64,000 nucleotides of DNA from Tricharina praecox (lineage: Eukaryota): positions 992,001 to 1,056,000 of the forward strand of contig NW_026250408.1 in NCBI RefSeq assembly GCF_024521635.1, given 5' to 3'. Both the position numbers and the translations under genes were made by a program. The notes beneath the pieces are model-generated. The model saw only the letters and a program-made list of their open reading frames with translations, made no database searches and was not told where the DNA came from. This document shows, piece by piece, positions 24,728 to 37,610 of this stretch (position 1 is the stretch's first letter; each line of letters opens with the position of its first letter).

Positions 24728-25317
24728 TTATTTCTTCTCTGCCGCCTCCGCATCCAGCATCTTGATGAAGTCTTTCTCAGAGATGACAGCCTCAGCCGGC
24801 GGCGCAACCGTGTACGTGGGCCTCACGAAACTACCGCTCACATCAGCATCCACATCACCGCCATCCCCACCTCACAATACTAACCGGTCGCTGTTGTATA
24901 CACCGCCCAAATCCCACCCTTTAACATCCTTCATGAGTTCTTTCTCCCTCTGCTGTGCGGCAAAGTGTCTACGGACGTCGTCGCGATCCGCCTCCGCCTG
25001 GAGCATGGGAGTAAGGTAGATGCGCGCCCAGACCTTTTCGCGCGCCATCTCGCGCCGCTCCTTGATGCCGTTCATGGTGGCGTAGAAACCGTAGCCGCAG
25101 ATCAGGCCCATACCGAGGAGGTAGTAACTGGGACGGAGACCGCGGAATGGGATGTTGCGCTATTGGGCATCGTGTTAGTTGGCGAAGGCGGGGGAGCGGA
25201 GGAACGCGGGGGTCGGTACGCGGTATTGGATTGGCTCATAGCCACCGGATGGGGGGAGATCTGGCAATTATTAGTCCTGGCACGGGTGCGAGGATGAGGC
25301 GGGAGACCTTGAACCAT
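24728..25317 (-). CDS. Complex I accessory subunit GRIM-19/NDUFA13 (B16.6); 4 exons
   Basis: Spliced MVQDLPPSGGYEPIQYRRNIPFRG..., REKVWARIYLTPMLQAEADRD, VYNSDRFVRPT. Confidence 0.9.
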
Positions 25318-26086
25318 CGTTGTGAGTGTGCTGTTGAGGGGGAATGGATTGTTGCTTGCTTGTAGCTGCGGGAATGACGGACGTCGGCTGCTTTCGAGGT
25401 TCGAGGACGCACTTACCCGGTTAAGCGATCACGAGTGATAGAGTGTGTTGATCAAATAGCCATTGGATTCCCTCTATTCTGGCTGCAAATAATATGATTC
25501 TATTGCTTAACAGTTTCGAGCGACGGGACTTCTTTCCTTTCCCTTCTTTTTCCCCTTCTGTTGCAGAAGTTTCTCATCCAGATGCTTCTTCTCTGCTCAC
25601 ATAGGGTTGCAGAAACACCTTAAACGCTGAATTTCATCCTACCTAGATTCTTGCCGGACGACACCTCTGGGAAACTTGGATTGGCGAAGCTATGAGATGA
25701 AAAGATTCATACGTAATTGAGCGGACAAGCGCATAGGACGGCGTGAGGCTTGAGATGCAAGCAATCATAGCTGTTAGGAGAATGCACCGGATGAAACCAA
25801 TACCACTAGTGCTATGCGATGTTGTCGCCCGTCGCTCTGCCAACCAATACAAGAGCTACCGGCAGCTGGGCGGTGGAAAACACTCCCACTTGCCGAGTGA
25901 CGCGTCGTGGATCGGGAAGATCGTGGCGTGTGGCTGTGGCTGTGCACCGCCACTTTAAGGTTACTTCACTTCGCATCTAGAGCCGCACAGCTTCACCTTC
26001 AGTAATCACCATCAACCCCACAATTACCCACCATCCCATCCATCACGTCTCCGTCCTCCCCCCATCCCCTCCACAAAACCGCCAAC

Positions 26087-27331
26087 ATGGATATCGACCC
26101 CAAGCCCATCCCCGAATTTCTGGCGCAGCAGCGAGACGAACACACCCCGGCGGAGCTGCAACCTCTCATGCTAGATTTTGAGGACTTCTGGGAGCGCAAA
26201 CTATGGCATCAGCTCACCACCGCCCTCGATGAGTTCTTTAGACATCCCGAGAGTGGCCCGCAGCGGCTAGGGCTCTTCAAAAACTTTGTGATGACGTTTG
26301 CCGATAAGATCAACCAGTTGAAGCTGGTGGAGTTGGGACTGTGGGCGAGCCAGGAATGCAAAGGTACCTTACCTACTGCACATGCATCTGCCCATAATCA
26401 TCATCTCTATCTTGGTTCTAAGTGGCGATAGCTGACCTCTAATGTTTCTGCAGACTACCAAGAGGCCCTCGTCTTCCTCGAAACCATTACCAAGAAGGTA
26501 AACAACGTCGACTCGCAAGACGCCTACGTTTACGCCATCGTCGAAGTCGCTCGGATCAAGCTCTGTCTCGAAGACCTGAAAGGCGCCCGCATAGCTCTGG
26601 ACGAAGCCGAGAAGATTCTGGACAAGTTCGACAGCGTCGAGTCGATAGTGCACGCGTCGTTCTACCGGGTCAGCAGCGATTACTACAGCACCAAGCGGGA
26701 GTTCTCGGCGTACTACCGAAATGCCCTGCTGTACCTGGCATGCGTACAGAGCACCGAGCTACCGCAAGCGAAACAGTGCGAGCTCGCCTACAACCTCTCA
26801 ATCGCTGCGCTGCTGTCGGAAAAGATCTACAACTTCGGAGAGCTCCTGTTACACCCCATCCTCGACTCCCTCGTCGATACCGAGCACGCGTGGATCCGAG
26901 AACTGCTCTTTGCGTTCAATACCGGAGACCTTGGCAAGTACAACGGCTTGCTCGGCCACCTCGACAAGCAGCCTCTGTTTGAGGGGAAGCAACAGTTCCT
27001 TAGACAGAAACTGTGTCTTTCCGCCTTGACGGAGGCCGTGTTCCAGCGCCCGCCTCACGACCGTGCTCTGACATTCGAGAGCATCATGAAAGAGACTGGC
27101 GTGTCGGCGGATGAGGTGGAGTATCTGCTCATGAAGGCGCTGAGCGAGGGCTTGATTAGAGGGAGTATCGACCAGGTGGCGGGTGTGGCAAGGATTGCGT
27201 GGGTTCAGCCCAAGGTGTTGGATAAGGGCCAGATCGAGAACATGCGACAGCGGTTGATGGAGTGGGATGGAAGTGTGAGCAGGCTGAACAAGTACATGGA
27301 GGAGAAGCTCTCGGAGTCTGTGACGGCATGA
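26087..27331 (+). CDS. RPN9: 26S proteasome lid subunit Rpn9 (PCI domain); 2 exons
   Basis: FWERKLWHQLT, KINQLKLV, YYRNALLYL, IYNFGELLLHPIL, GLIRGSIDQV, WVQPKVL. Confidence 0.95.
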
Positions 27332-27541
27332 ATCCTGGGATAATTTCGTAGATGGGACAGGAAAAGTTGGGCACGTGTTGTACTTTTACTCATGCAGCGC
27401 ACTGGTCAGAATGCTTCTCCGAATTCTATTGCCTTTTTTTGCCCTTCTAATCATCTGTATCAACAAGAAAGAGAGAGAGAGAGAGATCCTCGCAATTACA
27501 CATGATCATCGTAATGTACAATCCATCCTTCCCCACTCAAC

Positions 27542-28778
27542 CTATCTCTGGAACTCCTTGAAATTTGAGTCCTCAAATTCCACATGCCCAACTCTTGTAA
27601 CGACAGCTCGCTTCAGACTCCCCGCATGCGTCTGTGTTTGAGACATCGCGGGGGCGGCCTTATCCGGAGTTTCCTTCTCGGCCATTTTCGCTGCCTGCTT
27701 TGCGGTCTCCAGCCCAATCTTGAGCACCTTTACAGTCTCCCTCCTCTGCCGCGGCACCGATTCCATCGACTGCACAGCTGCGTACTCCCCCATCTCCTCC
27801 CGCGAGATCAAATCCCGTATCCTTCCCCCCGTCCGACTCTGCAACAGCACCGTAGCCGGCCCCACAAACTTGAGGAACTCCCGATCCGCCCACACGGCCG
27901 TTTTCACTGCCCACACAGCCTTCGCCAGTACCTCCCAGACCTTCGAAGCCCGCATAGCATTGATCCACTCTACCTCCTTCAACCGCTGCGAGATACCTAG
28001 GCCCAGTCGCAACCGCGGCACCTGGAACCGTAGAGACGTAGCCGCCAGTCGCGCCTTACTGGGCTTCTGCCCCGCCGCAGAGTATGCCAGTAGCGAGCGG
28101 TGGTGGATGATAAACTCTTCGTCCTTCTTGAGAGCGACTTGATAGACCTGGCCACGGCCGACGAGGGCCACCAAGCCGCGACCCGTCACCTCTTGCGGTT
28201 TAACGGCGATGCTGTGACCGCTCCAGGCAAGGAGTGCATCCGGCTGTGTCAGGCTCCAGTCCGCGGTGCCGTCGAGCGCCAAAACGCAGAATGTTGTGTT
28301 CGGGGTGTTGGCAGAGATGATGCATGTGAGTGGTGTGGTTGAGGTGACCTTCTGGTAAAGAAAGGGGATGCCGCGGGCAGCGCGGGTGAATGGGGATAGG
28401 ACCGAGAGCGTCGAGGTCACATCGGATGGTCGGCCGTTGAGACCTAGGAGGGTGCCGCGGCGGGCGTAGAGGTTGCTCGAAGCCGGGAGTGCAACCGAGA
28501 GCAGTGAGTGCGGGGCGCCGAGGACTTCGAATGATATCTCTGCTTGCGCGCATCAGTAGAAGCCCTGGGCGGGGTGGGGCGGTGGGTGAGGACATACCAG
28601 CGGGGAAGGGCCCGGAGCCGGAGAGCTTCGGGATTGCTTGTGTTTGCGCGGATAAATCAACGATGCCGTTAATAGAGGTTATCGACGGAGTCGCCGAGAT
28701 GTGGACATGTCGTTGTAATAGGGGCAGTGCAGACCGCACCCGGAGGATGTTCGAGGGGCGGAGGACGGTGGCCATCAT
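27542..28778 (-). CDS. AIM24: Mitochondrial biogenesis protein Aim24
   Basis: Presequence-like N-terminus, FEVLGAPHSLLSV.LPASSNLYARRGTL, IPFLYQKV.ST.P, VTGRGLVAL.GRG, F.GPATVLLQSR. Confidence 0.8.
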
Positions 28779-29351
28779 GCCATCGGCGGGAGGGTTTTCT
28801 GAGTAAGGCGGAGGTGGTTGCAATCGTGTGGGTGGGCAGCGGCTCAAGGAATTCGCGCCGAGGATGTCCAACTGTCACACTTTAAATTCGCACTCTGACG
28901 TCGTCAGCCCTTAGGCAAGGAGAATCGCGGGAATATTGGCCTTGAGGATTTATCGATAAGCTCAACAGCTCTACATAGACGTTTATAATTAAGACATGAA
29001 AACTTCTCAGTTCCGTACGTAGGAACAACCATGGAGTCATGGACCCATTTCTTTTTTTGGGAGTTGGTCTGTCCCACGTGAGAATCCCCCACCCCCCACC
29101 TTCGTGACGCCCACGCCAATTGGCGTCATCCCGCCTTAAGTACCGCGGAAATCGGCGTGAACAATGTGGGCCATCTTCCCGGCCGCCACCTCCCAACTCC
29201 CCCATCAACGCCGGCCGGCCGAATCCTTCTCCCTGACACGGCCAAGCTCTACTTTGGAAGCATATGTGAGGTACCAGTTCCCCATTCCCCATCCTGTTCC
29301 ATAACCGCGATCATCGAACTCAACTTCACAGCAGGTTCGCAAACCACATCC

Positions 29352-31973
29352 ATGCTCTCGCCGTGCGTTTTCCGCGCTATTGCGCGGCCACGGCTTTTGT
29401 CGGGCTCCCCACTACTGCGCTTTCCCGCGCGCCAACGACCGCCAGCTCGTCTGTTCGCCGGTTCTCCATACTACCTACAACAAAAGAAACCGCACAATGA
29501 GAAGGCCACCATGCTTGCGACGCAGACGGCGAAGGAGCCCGCAGCGGCGCCAAAGGATTTCCTCTCGGAAGCAAGTTTGTCGGCAAAGGGACAGCGAAAG
29601 GCCGACTGGGGGATCATAAAAGAGATGTCGAGATACTTGTGGCCGAAGGTGTGTTCGTGTCGGGGTGTCCATACGGACGCCGAGTGCTGAACCGTGTCTA
29701 GGACAGTCCGAGTGTAAAGCTGCGCGTCAGTCTGTCGATTGCGTTGCTTCTCGGTGCAAAGGTAGTATCCTCAAGTAGAATTATGAAGGGCGTGCAATTG
29801 ACGCAGTTAGATCCTGAATGTCCAAGTCCCTTTCTTCTTCAAAGAGATCGTAGACAACATGAACGTGGATTTCCTCGCCCTAGGCGGCACGGTGTGGACG
29901 GCCGCCGGTTCCGTAATCCTTGCGTGTAAGCCACATTTTCCTTCCACCACTTACACCGACATGTCAGAGTCTGATCTGGGAGGCCGTGAGAAGATGGGTT
30001 GGCCCGAGTTGGCTCCACGGTATTCCAGGAACTCCGAAACGCGGTGTTTGCGACTGTCGCCCAGAAGGCGATCCGAAAGGTCGCCTGCAATGTCTTCGAT
30101 CATCTGCTGCGATTGGACTTGAATTTCCACCTCACGAGACAGACGGGTGGGTTGACGAGAGCCATCGATAGAGGTACAAAAGGTATTAGCTTCTTGTTGA
30201 CAAGCATGCTGTTCCACATCGTGCCGATTGGGCTTGAGGTCACCATGGTTTGCGGAATCTTGGTAGGTTCTCCTACTTCTGGTATGTCCTTCGAAGTTCG
30301 AAGGCCACGGGTTGACATATATAGACGTACAATTATGGGGCTAAGTTTGCGGCTGTTACCGCGCTGACGATGGCGGCGTACTCGGCGTTCACAATCGTCA
30401 CTACATCTTGGAGGACGAAATTCAGGAAGCAGATGAATGCGGCGGACAACAAAGGAGCAACAGTAGCAGTTGACTCGCTCATCAATTACGAAGCTGTCAA
30501 GGTACAACTCTCCCATTCCTATCAAGCTAGTATATTTTTAACTCTTCGGTAGTACTTCAACAACGAGAAGTTCGAGGTCGGGCGGTATGACGCCGCGCTC
30601 AAGGGATACGAGAACGCCTCCATCAAGGTGGCTACTTCATTAGCCTTCCTAAACTGCGGCCAAAACGTCATCTTCTCCTCCGCCCTGACGGCCATGATGT
30701 ACCTTGCCTGCCAGGGTGTTGTAGCTGGTGATCTGACCGTGGGTGACCTTGTTATGGTCAACCAACTGGTTTTCCAGCTCTCTGTGCCCTTAAACTTCCT
30801 TGGATCTGTCTACCGTGAACTCCGACAGTCTTTACTGGATATGGAAACCCTATTCAACCTGCAGAAGGTCAACGTCGCGGTCAAGGATTCACCAAATGCG
30901 AAGCCGCTCGCTTTTAAGGGTGGAGAAATTCGGTTTGAGAATGTCACTTTCGGATACCACCCGGATAGACCGATCTTGAAGGATGTTAGCTTCACGATTC
31001 CTGCGGGGACAAAGACGGCTATTGTTGGTCCCAGCGGATGCGGGTGAGTCTTCATGGTCCTCTGCTCAGAGTAAAGAATATCCATTGCTGATGAATGGAA
31101 TAACAGCAAATCTACAATTCTGAGACTGCTATTCCGCTTTTACGACGTTCAGTCCGGCCGTATCCTTATTGATGGCCAAGATATCAGGGACGTCACTACC
31201 GAATCCCTTCGCAAGGCGATTGGTGTTGTTCCCCAGGATACCCCACTGTTCAACAACACAATTGAGCACAACATCCGGTACGGACGGGTTGATGCTACGG
31301 AAGACGAGGTGCTGGCCGTAGCCAAAAGAGCCAAGATCCACGATACCATCGCTGCTTTCCCTGCCGGATATCAGACCATGGTCGGCGAGCGGGGAATGAT
31401 GATCTCTGGTTAGTGTGAATGTACTCCGGGATGTGAAGATAACTACTAACGATCATTCAAGGTGGCGAAAAACAGCGACTGGCTATGACTAGAGTATTGC
31501 TGAAGGACCCTCCGTTGCTGTTCTTTGACGAAGCTGTAAGAGTTCCCGTCCTCATCTTGTTTCCGTGGAAACACTGATACTGACTACCGCTAGACTTCCG
31601 CATTGGACACCCACACCGAGAAAGCGCTGATGAGTAACATTACCTCCATTCTCAAAGAAAAACAAAGGACCAGCGTATTCGTCGCGCATCGGCTGCGTAC
31701 CATCTTCGACAGCGGTCCGTAACACCACCATCTCATCTTTTGGGAACACCACACTGACTCTCCTAGACCAAATCATCGTTCTCAAAGACGGCTCAGTTGC
31801 CGAGCCGCCAGGAACACATGAGAAGCTCATCGACAGCGGAGGTGTCTACTCGACGCTTTGGGGTATGTATATCCGCGGTCCCCACATCCTCGGTCAATGC
31901 TGACAAACTTTTAGCTGCGCAGGAGACTACGCCGAGTCTGGAGGATGCGGATAAGGTAGCGCGGCGAAGATAG
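29352..31973 (+). CDS. ATM1: Mitochondrial ABC half-transporter for Fe-S cluster export (many exons)
   Basis: [99 protein letters not shown]. Confidence 0.95.
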
Positions 31974-32762
31974 TGGAATGAAGGTTCATAGATTTCATAG
32001 AAGATAAGACTGAGGGGCAATAGTTAGAGACATGTGTATCGCATCTTTTGAGTGGCTTTGACACGATGTATCGCCCCCTCCTGTAGAGGGAAATGGCTTC
32101 CCACTTAGCCGGGGTTTATACGGAACTATCCTCCACCCTCGTGCTGCACTCTTGCATTTCTTCCGGCCGGCCGTCTCGTCCCTGTCCATCTATCGTATGC
32201 TCTGGCTCCAATCCCCACATCGGAGATTGAGTAGGTACTTTTGTAGGTATACGGTCGAACAATGGCAGGAACAATCATACCGCAGCCTTTCCTCTTGCGC
32301 CCAGCCGCCACCAGTCCTACGGACATCGTGGTACCGGTATTGACCGTGTGTCCGAGCAGCGCGATCATGTGGAAGCAATCGGATCCCGACGGAGCGAAGC
32401 CCAATGAAGGGGCTTGGACGAGCCCGACCGGATGTATGGGTGTATGAAACTGGGTTTAGATTCATCCGCGCTCAAGAATGAAGCGATACACAAATGGAAA
32501 GGGCACCAGAAACTGAGAAAACATGTGAAGAACGAAGGAAATCCCCCGGCAGACGCATACGGCCAACGCACGCCTTGCAGTTCGACTATCGATCGGTTCA
32601 GGCAGGCCCTGAGCTGGAACCGTTGCCCTCGCCCTTCTCGTCTCTATCGTGCTTGGACTCCTAGGAGGCACCATGACTTTAGCATCAATTCAAAGCCCTT
32701 AGGATTCCAAGTCGTGGGGCGTAGTTAACCCCACAATCCCAGAGAAATCTCAGCTTACACTG

Positions 32763-35700
32763 TTATTGTGGCCAAGGTTCTTCCTTCCATTTGTACATAG
32801 CCACACGTGCTCCCTTCTTCTGCAAGAGCTGAACGCTGCTTGACAGTTGCCTGTATCTCGCAATACCAAGCGCCGAGCGTCCATCGCAGTCAACATGATC
32901 AAGCTCACAGTCGTCTTTCGCGCACAGCAACCGGATCACTTGCACAACTTGTGACTCTTCATCTCCGCAAGCGTTATCCAGAAGCCATATCAGTGCAGTC
33001 ATCCCGTAAACGTTCTTCGCATTCACATCGACGTCCTTCTTCAAAACAACCTCTACTAACTTCAGCAAGTTATGATGAGTATGGTCTAACACTAACATAG
33101 CCGACATGAGCAGCGTAAAGTATTCTTGACCCCTCACATTGAAATCTACCCCAGGAGGGTGCGCCCAGTCGAGTATATCCACGAGCCTGCTCTCGGCTGC
33201 TAAATGCAGTGGATCCAGTTTTGAGTACTTCATATTATCACCCCAAAGAAAATCTTTGGCAAGATTCCAAAGCTGTTCTGAAAGCGGTGTCGCATGTCTG
33301 CCGGGAGGAACCTTGGCGGCATGAAAATCCCACCAGCGCCTCAGATAGGAGAAATTCCCATCGTCGGCGTCAGCCTGCTTGGAAAAGAGCTGGGTAACTA
33401 TAGGAGACAACGGGTCAGCTTTTGCCACTAGATTCGGATATGTATGTCACGAACCACAGGTGAGTGCCATCGACGCGTGTGCGATTGTTTCATCCACCAA
33501 GCAAGATGCAACGTATGGGTCGTCCCGGGAGTCGGAAGATAGTTTCTCCTTCGGCTGCAAGAGGAACTCCTTCACAGTTCTGTGGGTGAAACGAAGGTAG
33601 TTCTTATTATCGAGAAAGACTTCTACCAGCGAGCCGCAAGCCGTGAATATCTGCTGCATTGTCGGCAAGATGACATCTTCGAGATCAAACGTCTTGTCCC
33701 CATCGATTGTAGCACAAGCAGATTGCATCTCCTCAACTTTTATTGGTGAGAAGGCCATCGCGATCCAAAGCAAGATACGTTTCCGCATCTGTAGGTCTTC
33801 TTCGTTTCCGTTCGCTCCAAGACGACGAAGTATGAGTTCGTACATGCTGCTGATTCCCTTTGGCATCGTCCGAAGACGTTCGGATATTTTTTGCGGCGAG
33901 TAGATCTCTAGTTCTTCCAAAACAAGGGCTATACTATTCGCGTCAGACTTTTGCCAGAACCAACTTGGCTACTATTCCAGGGATTTGTCTCGGGGGGATT
34001 TTATTATATCTTCGCCCCGAAATCCTAGCCCAGAGTAAAGCCACATCCATAACCCCCGCTACGAAAACCACGTAACGGTCTTCGTAGATGTAGCACCCAA
34101 ATGGTACGAGACGGGGTAGAGGCACACATGCTGCGTATTGGGAGAGGGATGGGAAATCAGGGTTGAGGTGCGTGTGGTAGGGTTTGCTTGTACCGTTGGT
34201 ACATCGAGAGTGCCGTGAGATGGGGGAAAATGAAAGCACTTGCCAGCATATCGGAACATCCCTTCGGAGTTTTTGTTCACCGTGTCGATGATTTTCTCTC
34301 TGTGAATCAACAGACTTTCGTTATCCTCCACCCTTTTCGTAATGAACAGCGCGATATCGCTTGTGACGTCCATTCCGATTGATGCGACATCTTGAAGATT
34401 CCTGAACAGATGGCTAACCACGGGGCGTCCGGTAAGTACGAATTGTACCTGTCGCTCAAGAGTTTCGGGCAGTTTCAGGGCGTCGGCAACACTAGAAGAA
34501 TCGGCACCGCTGCCGTCGACGGCACATTCGTCGAGGGCGTCCAGTAGTACTATGACTTTCCCGGGATATCAATGAAGCATTTGGGTGAAAATCGCCCAGA
34601 GTTTCTTGAAGCCTCTGGTGCTCTTCGTCTGCTTGAAGAATACATCGGACCGGCACCACAACTGCAGGATCGGCATCAATCGCTCCTTTTCTTTCCTAGT
34701 ACTGCTGGCCTTTATGAGTTGCGCCACCAGACTGGCAACCATTGCCGTGGCCGAAGTGGCCACTGCATCGCCGTCCCGGAAAAAAAAGTACAGGACCACA
34801 GCGTTTAACTTCTGTAATTCCGGGACCATATTAGCAGCGAGGACCGATTTCCCAGCACCTAATATCATGGGTTGGTAATTGAACATCAAGCTTGGAGTGG
34901 GTGATGTACCTGGTATTCCTTCTATCCAGAGGTTTTTCTTCCCGGTACCATCAACCCAAGCTATGTACTCCTTGTGCTGGGAGATCCATTCACAAGTGCC
35001 TGCCGTTCGCTTGCTCAAATGTAGGTCATGTGATGTTTCCGGATTCGTAGCTGCAAGCCACTCCAACGCTTGTTCTAAGGAGCATCAATCAATACAGGTT
35101 TCCGGAATCCGAATAATGCACTGGGTACATAATATGCTTACCTTCTGAAATCGCCATCCACTTCAGCCCTTCCAACTCCTCTGTCAAGCCTTCCGCTTTC
35201 TCACTTCGAAGATCTGTTGTTTGCCGCCCGTCTCAACATGGTACCATCTTCAGAGAGGGCAACTGAGGTGTAGCTACATACCGTGAACCCTTTCCATTTC
35301 CGCCATTTCCGCCAGATCCTTCAATTGAGATTTCATCCTCTCGATATCGTCCAAATATGGCAGAATCCCGGAAGAGAATGGCTTCAGGTGCTGCGTAACC
35401 CTCCCTATCCAAGAATAAGCTCGCCATTCGACCAGAGAAACCATTTTGAGACGCACCGAGATACGACGGAGGTGCAAAGTAGTGTTTCGCCTTGATGGAA
35501 AAGACCAAGACGGCCGCATAGAACTCGGGCAGCGCCGCCTCGAGCTCGTCCAGTAGGGGTGTCGGCGACGAACGGAGGGCGTTTGCGCATATGCGCGAGT
35601 AGAATTTGCAGTTTGCCATTGTGGTGATTATGGTGCTGAGCGCACACTCGAGAGCTTCGATACTCTCTTTGTGGTTGAGGTAGACCTATGTATGACCGTC

Positions 35701-36729
35701 ATCAGCTCGAACACACTGCATATTCTACAGTCTTGACCACCCGGAGTCGCGCCGCCGCGGAGTCAAGGCTGCCTAGGGGTGCTGTGCAATCGAACCCATC
35801 GTTCCTTACGGCACGCGGATTCGAGAGATTCACATTTCACGAGACGATTAAAATCCAGGACATACTTGAAGGAGAAACCTCGCCGAGGCCCAGACCAGAG
35901 AGGTGACCTCCGGACTATGGTTGACCGCAATATCCACAGTTTTAGCATACTTATCGATCCCCTCAACGATCCTATCAAAGCGGTTACGGAGACTGATAAT
36001 TTCGCCCGCACTGTTCTTGTACGTCCACTTCTGCTCGTTTCTATCGTTTCGGGCGGCATCCGCCTCCCTGAGCGCTGAAAGGATGCATTCCTGCGGCGAA
36101 GATTTGAATTGGGGACCGAACGTCATCCGCTCGCTTTCGTCCAGCTTCTCCCTAGCAATGCTGTATGCCCTCCCCCAATGCTGTCTGGATTTTGTACAGT
36201 ATTTTAGTCGGCGACCATCGAATCGGGCGGGCCCAGGTACTAACATGTCTTTGGCCTCCGCATCTCTGGCCCTCGCATCTCTAGCCTCCGCATCTTTGGA
36301 CGGTGCCGGCGAGGCGGATGTCGATATCAATAGTGTTGGTGTCAGTGGAGCGGATAGTACCGAGGACGTAGTTCCAGACGGCGCGGTGGATGTCAATATC
36401 AATGGTGTTGGTGTCAGTGGAGCGGATAGTACCGAGGCGGACGTAGTTCCCGACGGCGCCGTGGCCCGTCCATCAGTTTCGGGCCGGTTCATGGAGGGCG
36501 AACGCTCCAGCCGTGCCGATCTGTCCCGCACACGTAGAAACCCTCTCCTACTCCTGCCTCCGGCCTCTGCTGGCTGGGAATCGCGCGTGCAGCCACCGTC
36601 TCGCAAAGCGGAAGTGGAAGTGGACTCTGCGGGCACCGGATTCGGGCTGAGAAGGGACACTTGCGAATGGGTGTTCTGGTTCCGCCACCACCCTCGCAGG
36701 TCGTGGAAGACGTTGTTGATCGCCTCCAT
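32763..36729 (-). pseudogene. NLR-like NACHT + ankyrin-repeat gene with a single in-frame TGA at 34569-34571
   Basis: N-terminal helical domain typical of fungal NACHT proteins (SLVWAS.RFLL), GTCEWI, Walker A GIPGAGKS, YFFF, then TGA, then Walker B LLDALDEC, TGRP, GMFRYA, winged helix CGSLV..FTHRTVKEFL, and ankyrins (PLHLAA, DVNAKNVYGMTAL, DCDGRSAL). All introns restore the frame. Confidence 0.8.
36316..36462. repeat. In-frame tandem duplication (72 + 75 bp) in the NLR N-terminus
   Basis: Two near-identical units starting GGATGTC(G/A)ATATCAAT, encoding TAPSGTTS(A)SVLSAPLTPT.. twice. Confidence 0.9.
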
Positions 36730-37610
36730 GGCCCTGGGGACGATCCGGCCCGATGGGTGAGTGCTTCGATGTAGGTTTGCTGTACCTACCTTCCGCGGTG
36801 TACCGGTACCCTTTGGACGGGCCTTGGACCTTGGCTGTGCTGGTTGAACTGTGGTAACTAGAGAGCTCCAAACGACGATTGCGAGGCTACATAGCATAGA
36901 GTAGAGTAGCTACCTTCCCCCCAGCTTAGGGGTTGCCGTGCATGGACAGCTCATGCGGCTCAGCTCCTGCATGCGGAGAGCCCGTCATAACTATCCTATG
37001 TATGGACGCCTGACGGACCAATCAGCAATGTCCGGGCGAAACTCGATACGCCGAGTGATGGCATTGCTGTTCTGATATTCTTCTCATAGTATAGGTATAC
37101 CCACAGCAACTCCACAAAGCACAAAGTCCAACCCCGACCGACCGCCGCAGTTCTCGGGGTTCCAGAAGTGACGTTTCCTCTGGCGTGAGACATGGAATCA
37201 TGTATGCATACCTGAGTCCTGATATGCAGGAAGGCATACCGCAGCGGAGCCGACAGAGACAGCACCATGTCTGTCCGTCTGTCCGCCCGTCCATCCGTTC
37301 TTGGGCAGCCGTGCTACTTCAAGCCCGCTTGGGATTCACGAACGGGTTCGGGGACGGTCGGAAGCAGCATGCCACGTTTCTTTGCAGAAACACGGGTGGG
37401 CAATGGACATAATCATCAGACGCGGCATGGTCGGCTCAGCATAGGTTGTACCTGTACTCCCCTCCATCGAGCTGGCTTGCTCAGTTCCGTAGCGGCACGG
37501 ATGGCCGCTTTTGCGACTTCGTTGCGAGCCCTTGTACGGGATTGTCACGTTGTGCGTTTAGTAAATAATTTCTGCTCGAGTTGGACAGAGTGGACATTGT
37601 GTTGTAGCTA

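Noticed and set aside
32000..32760. Effector gene (HeLo, gasdermin or amyloid-motif partner) next to the NLR
   Set aside because: Only short unrecognisable ORFs lie on either side of the NLR, and no amyloid-like motif was seen.
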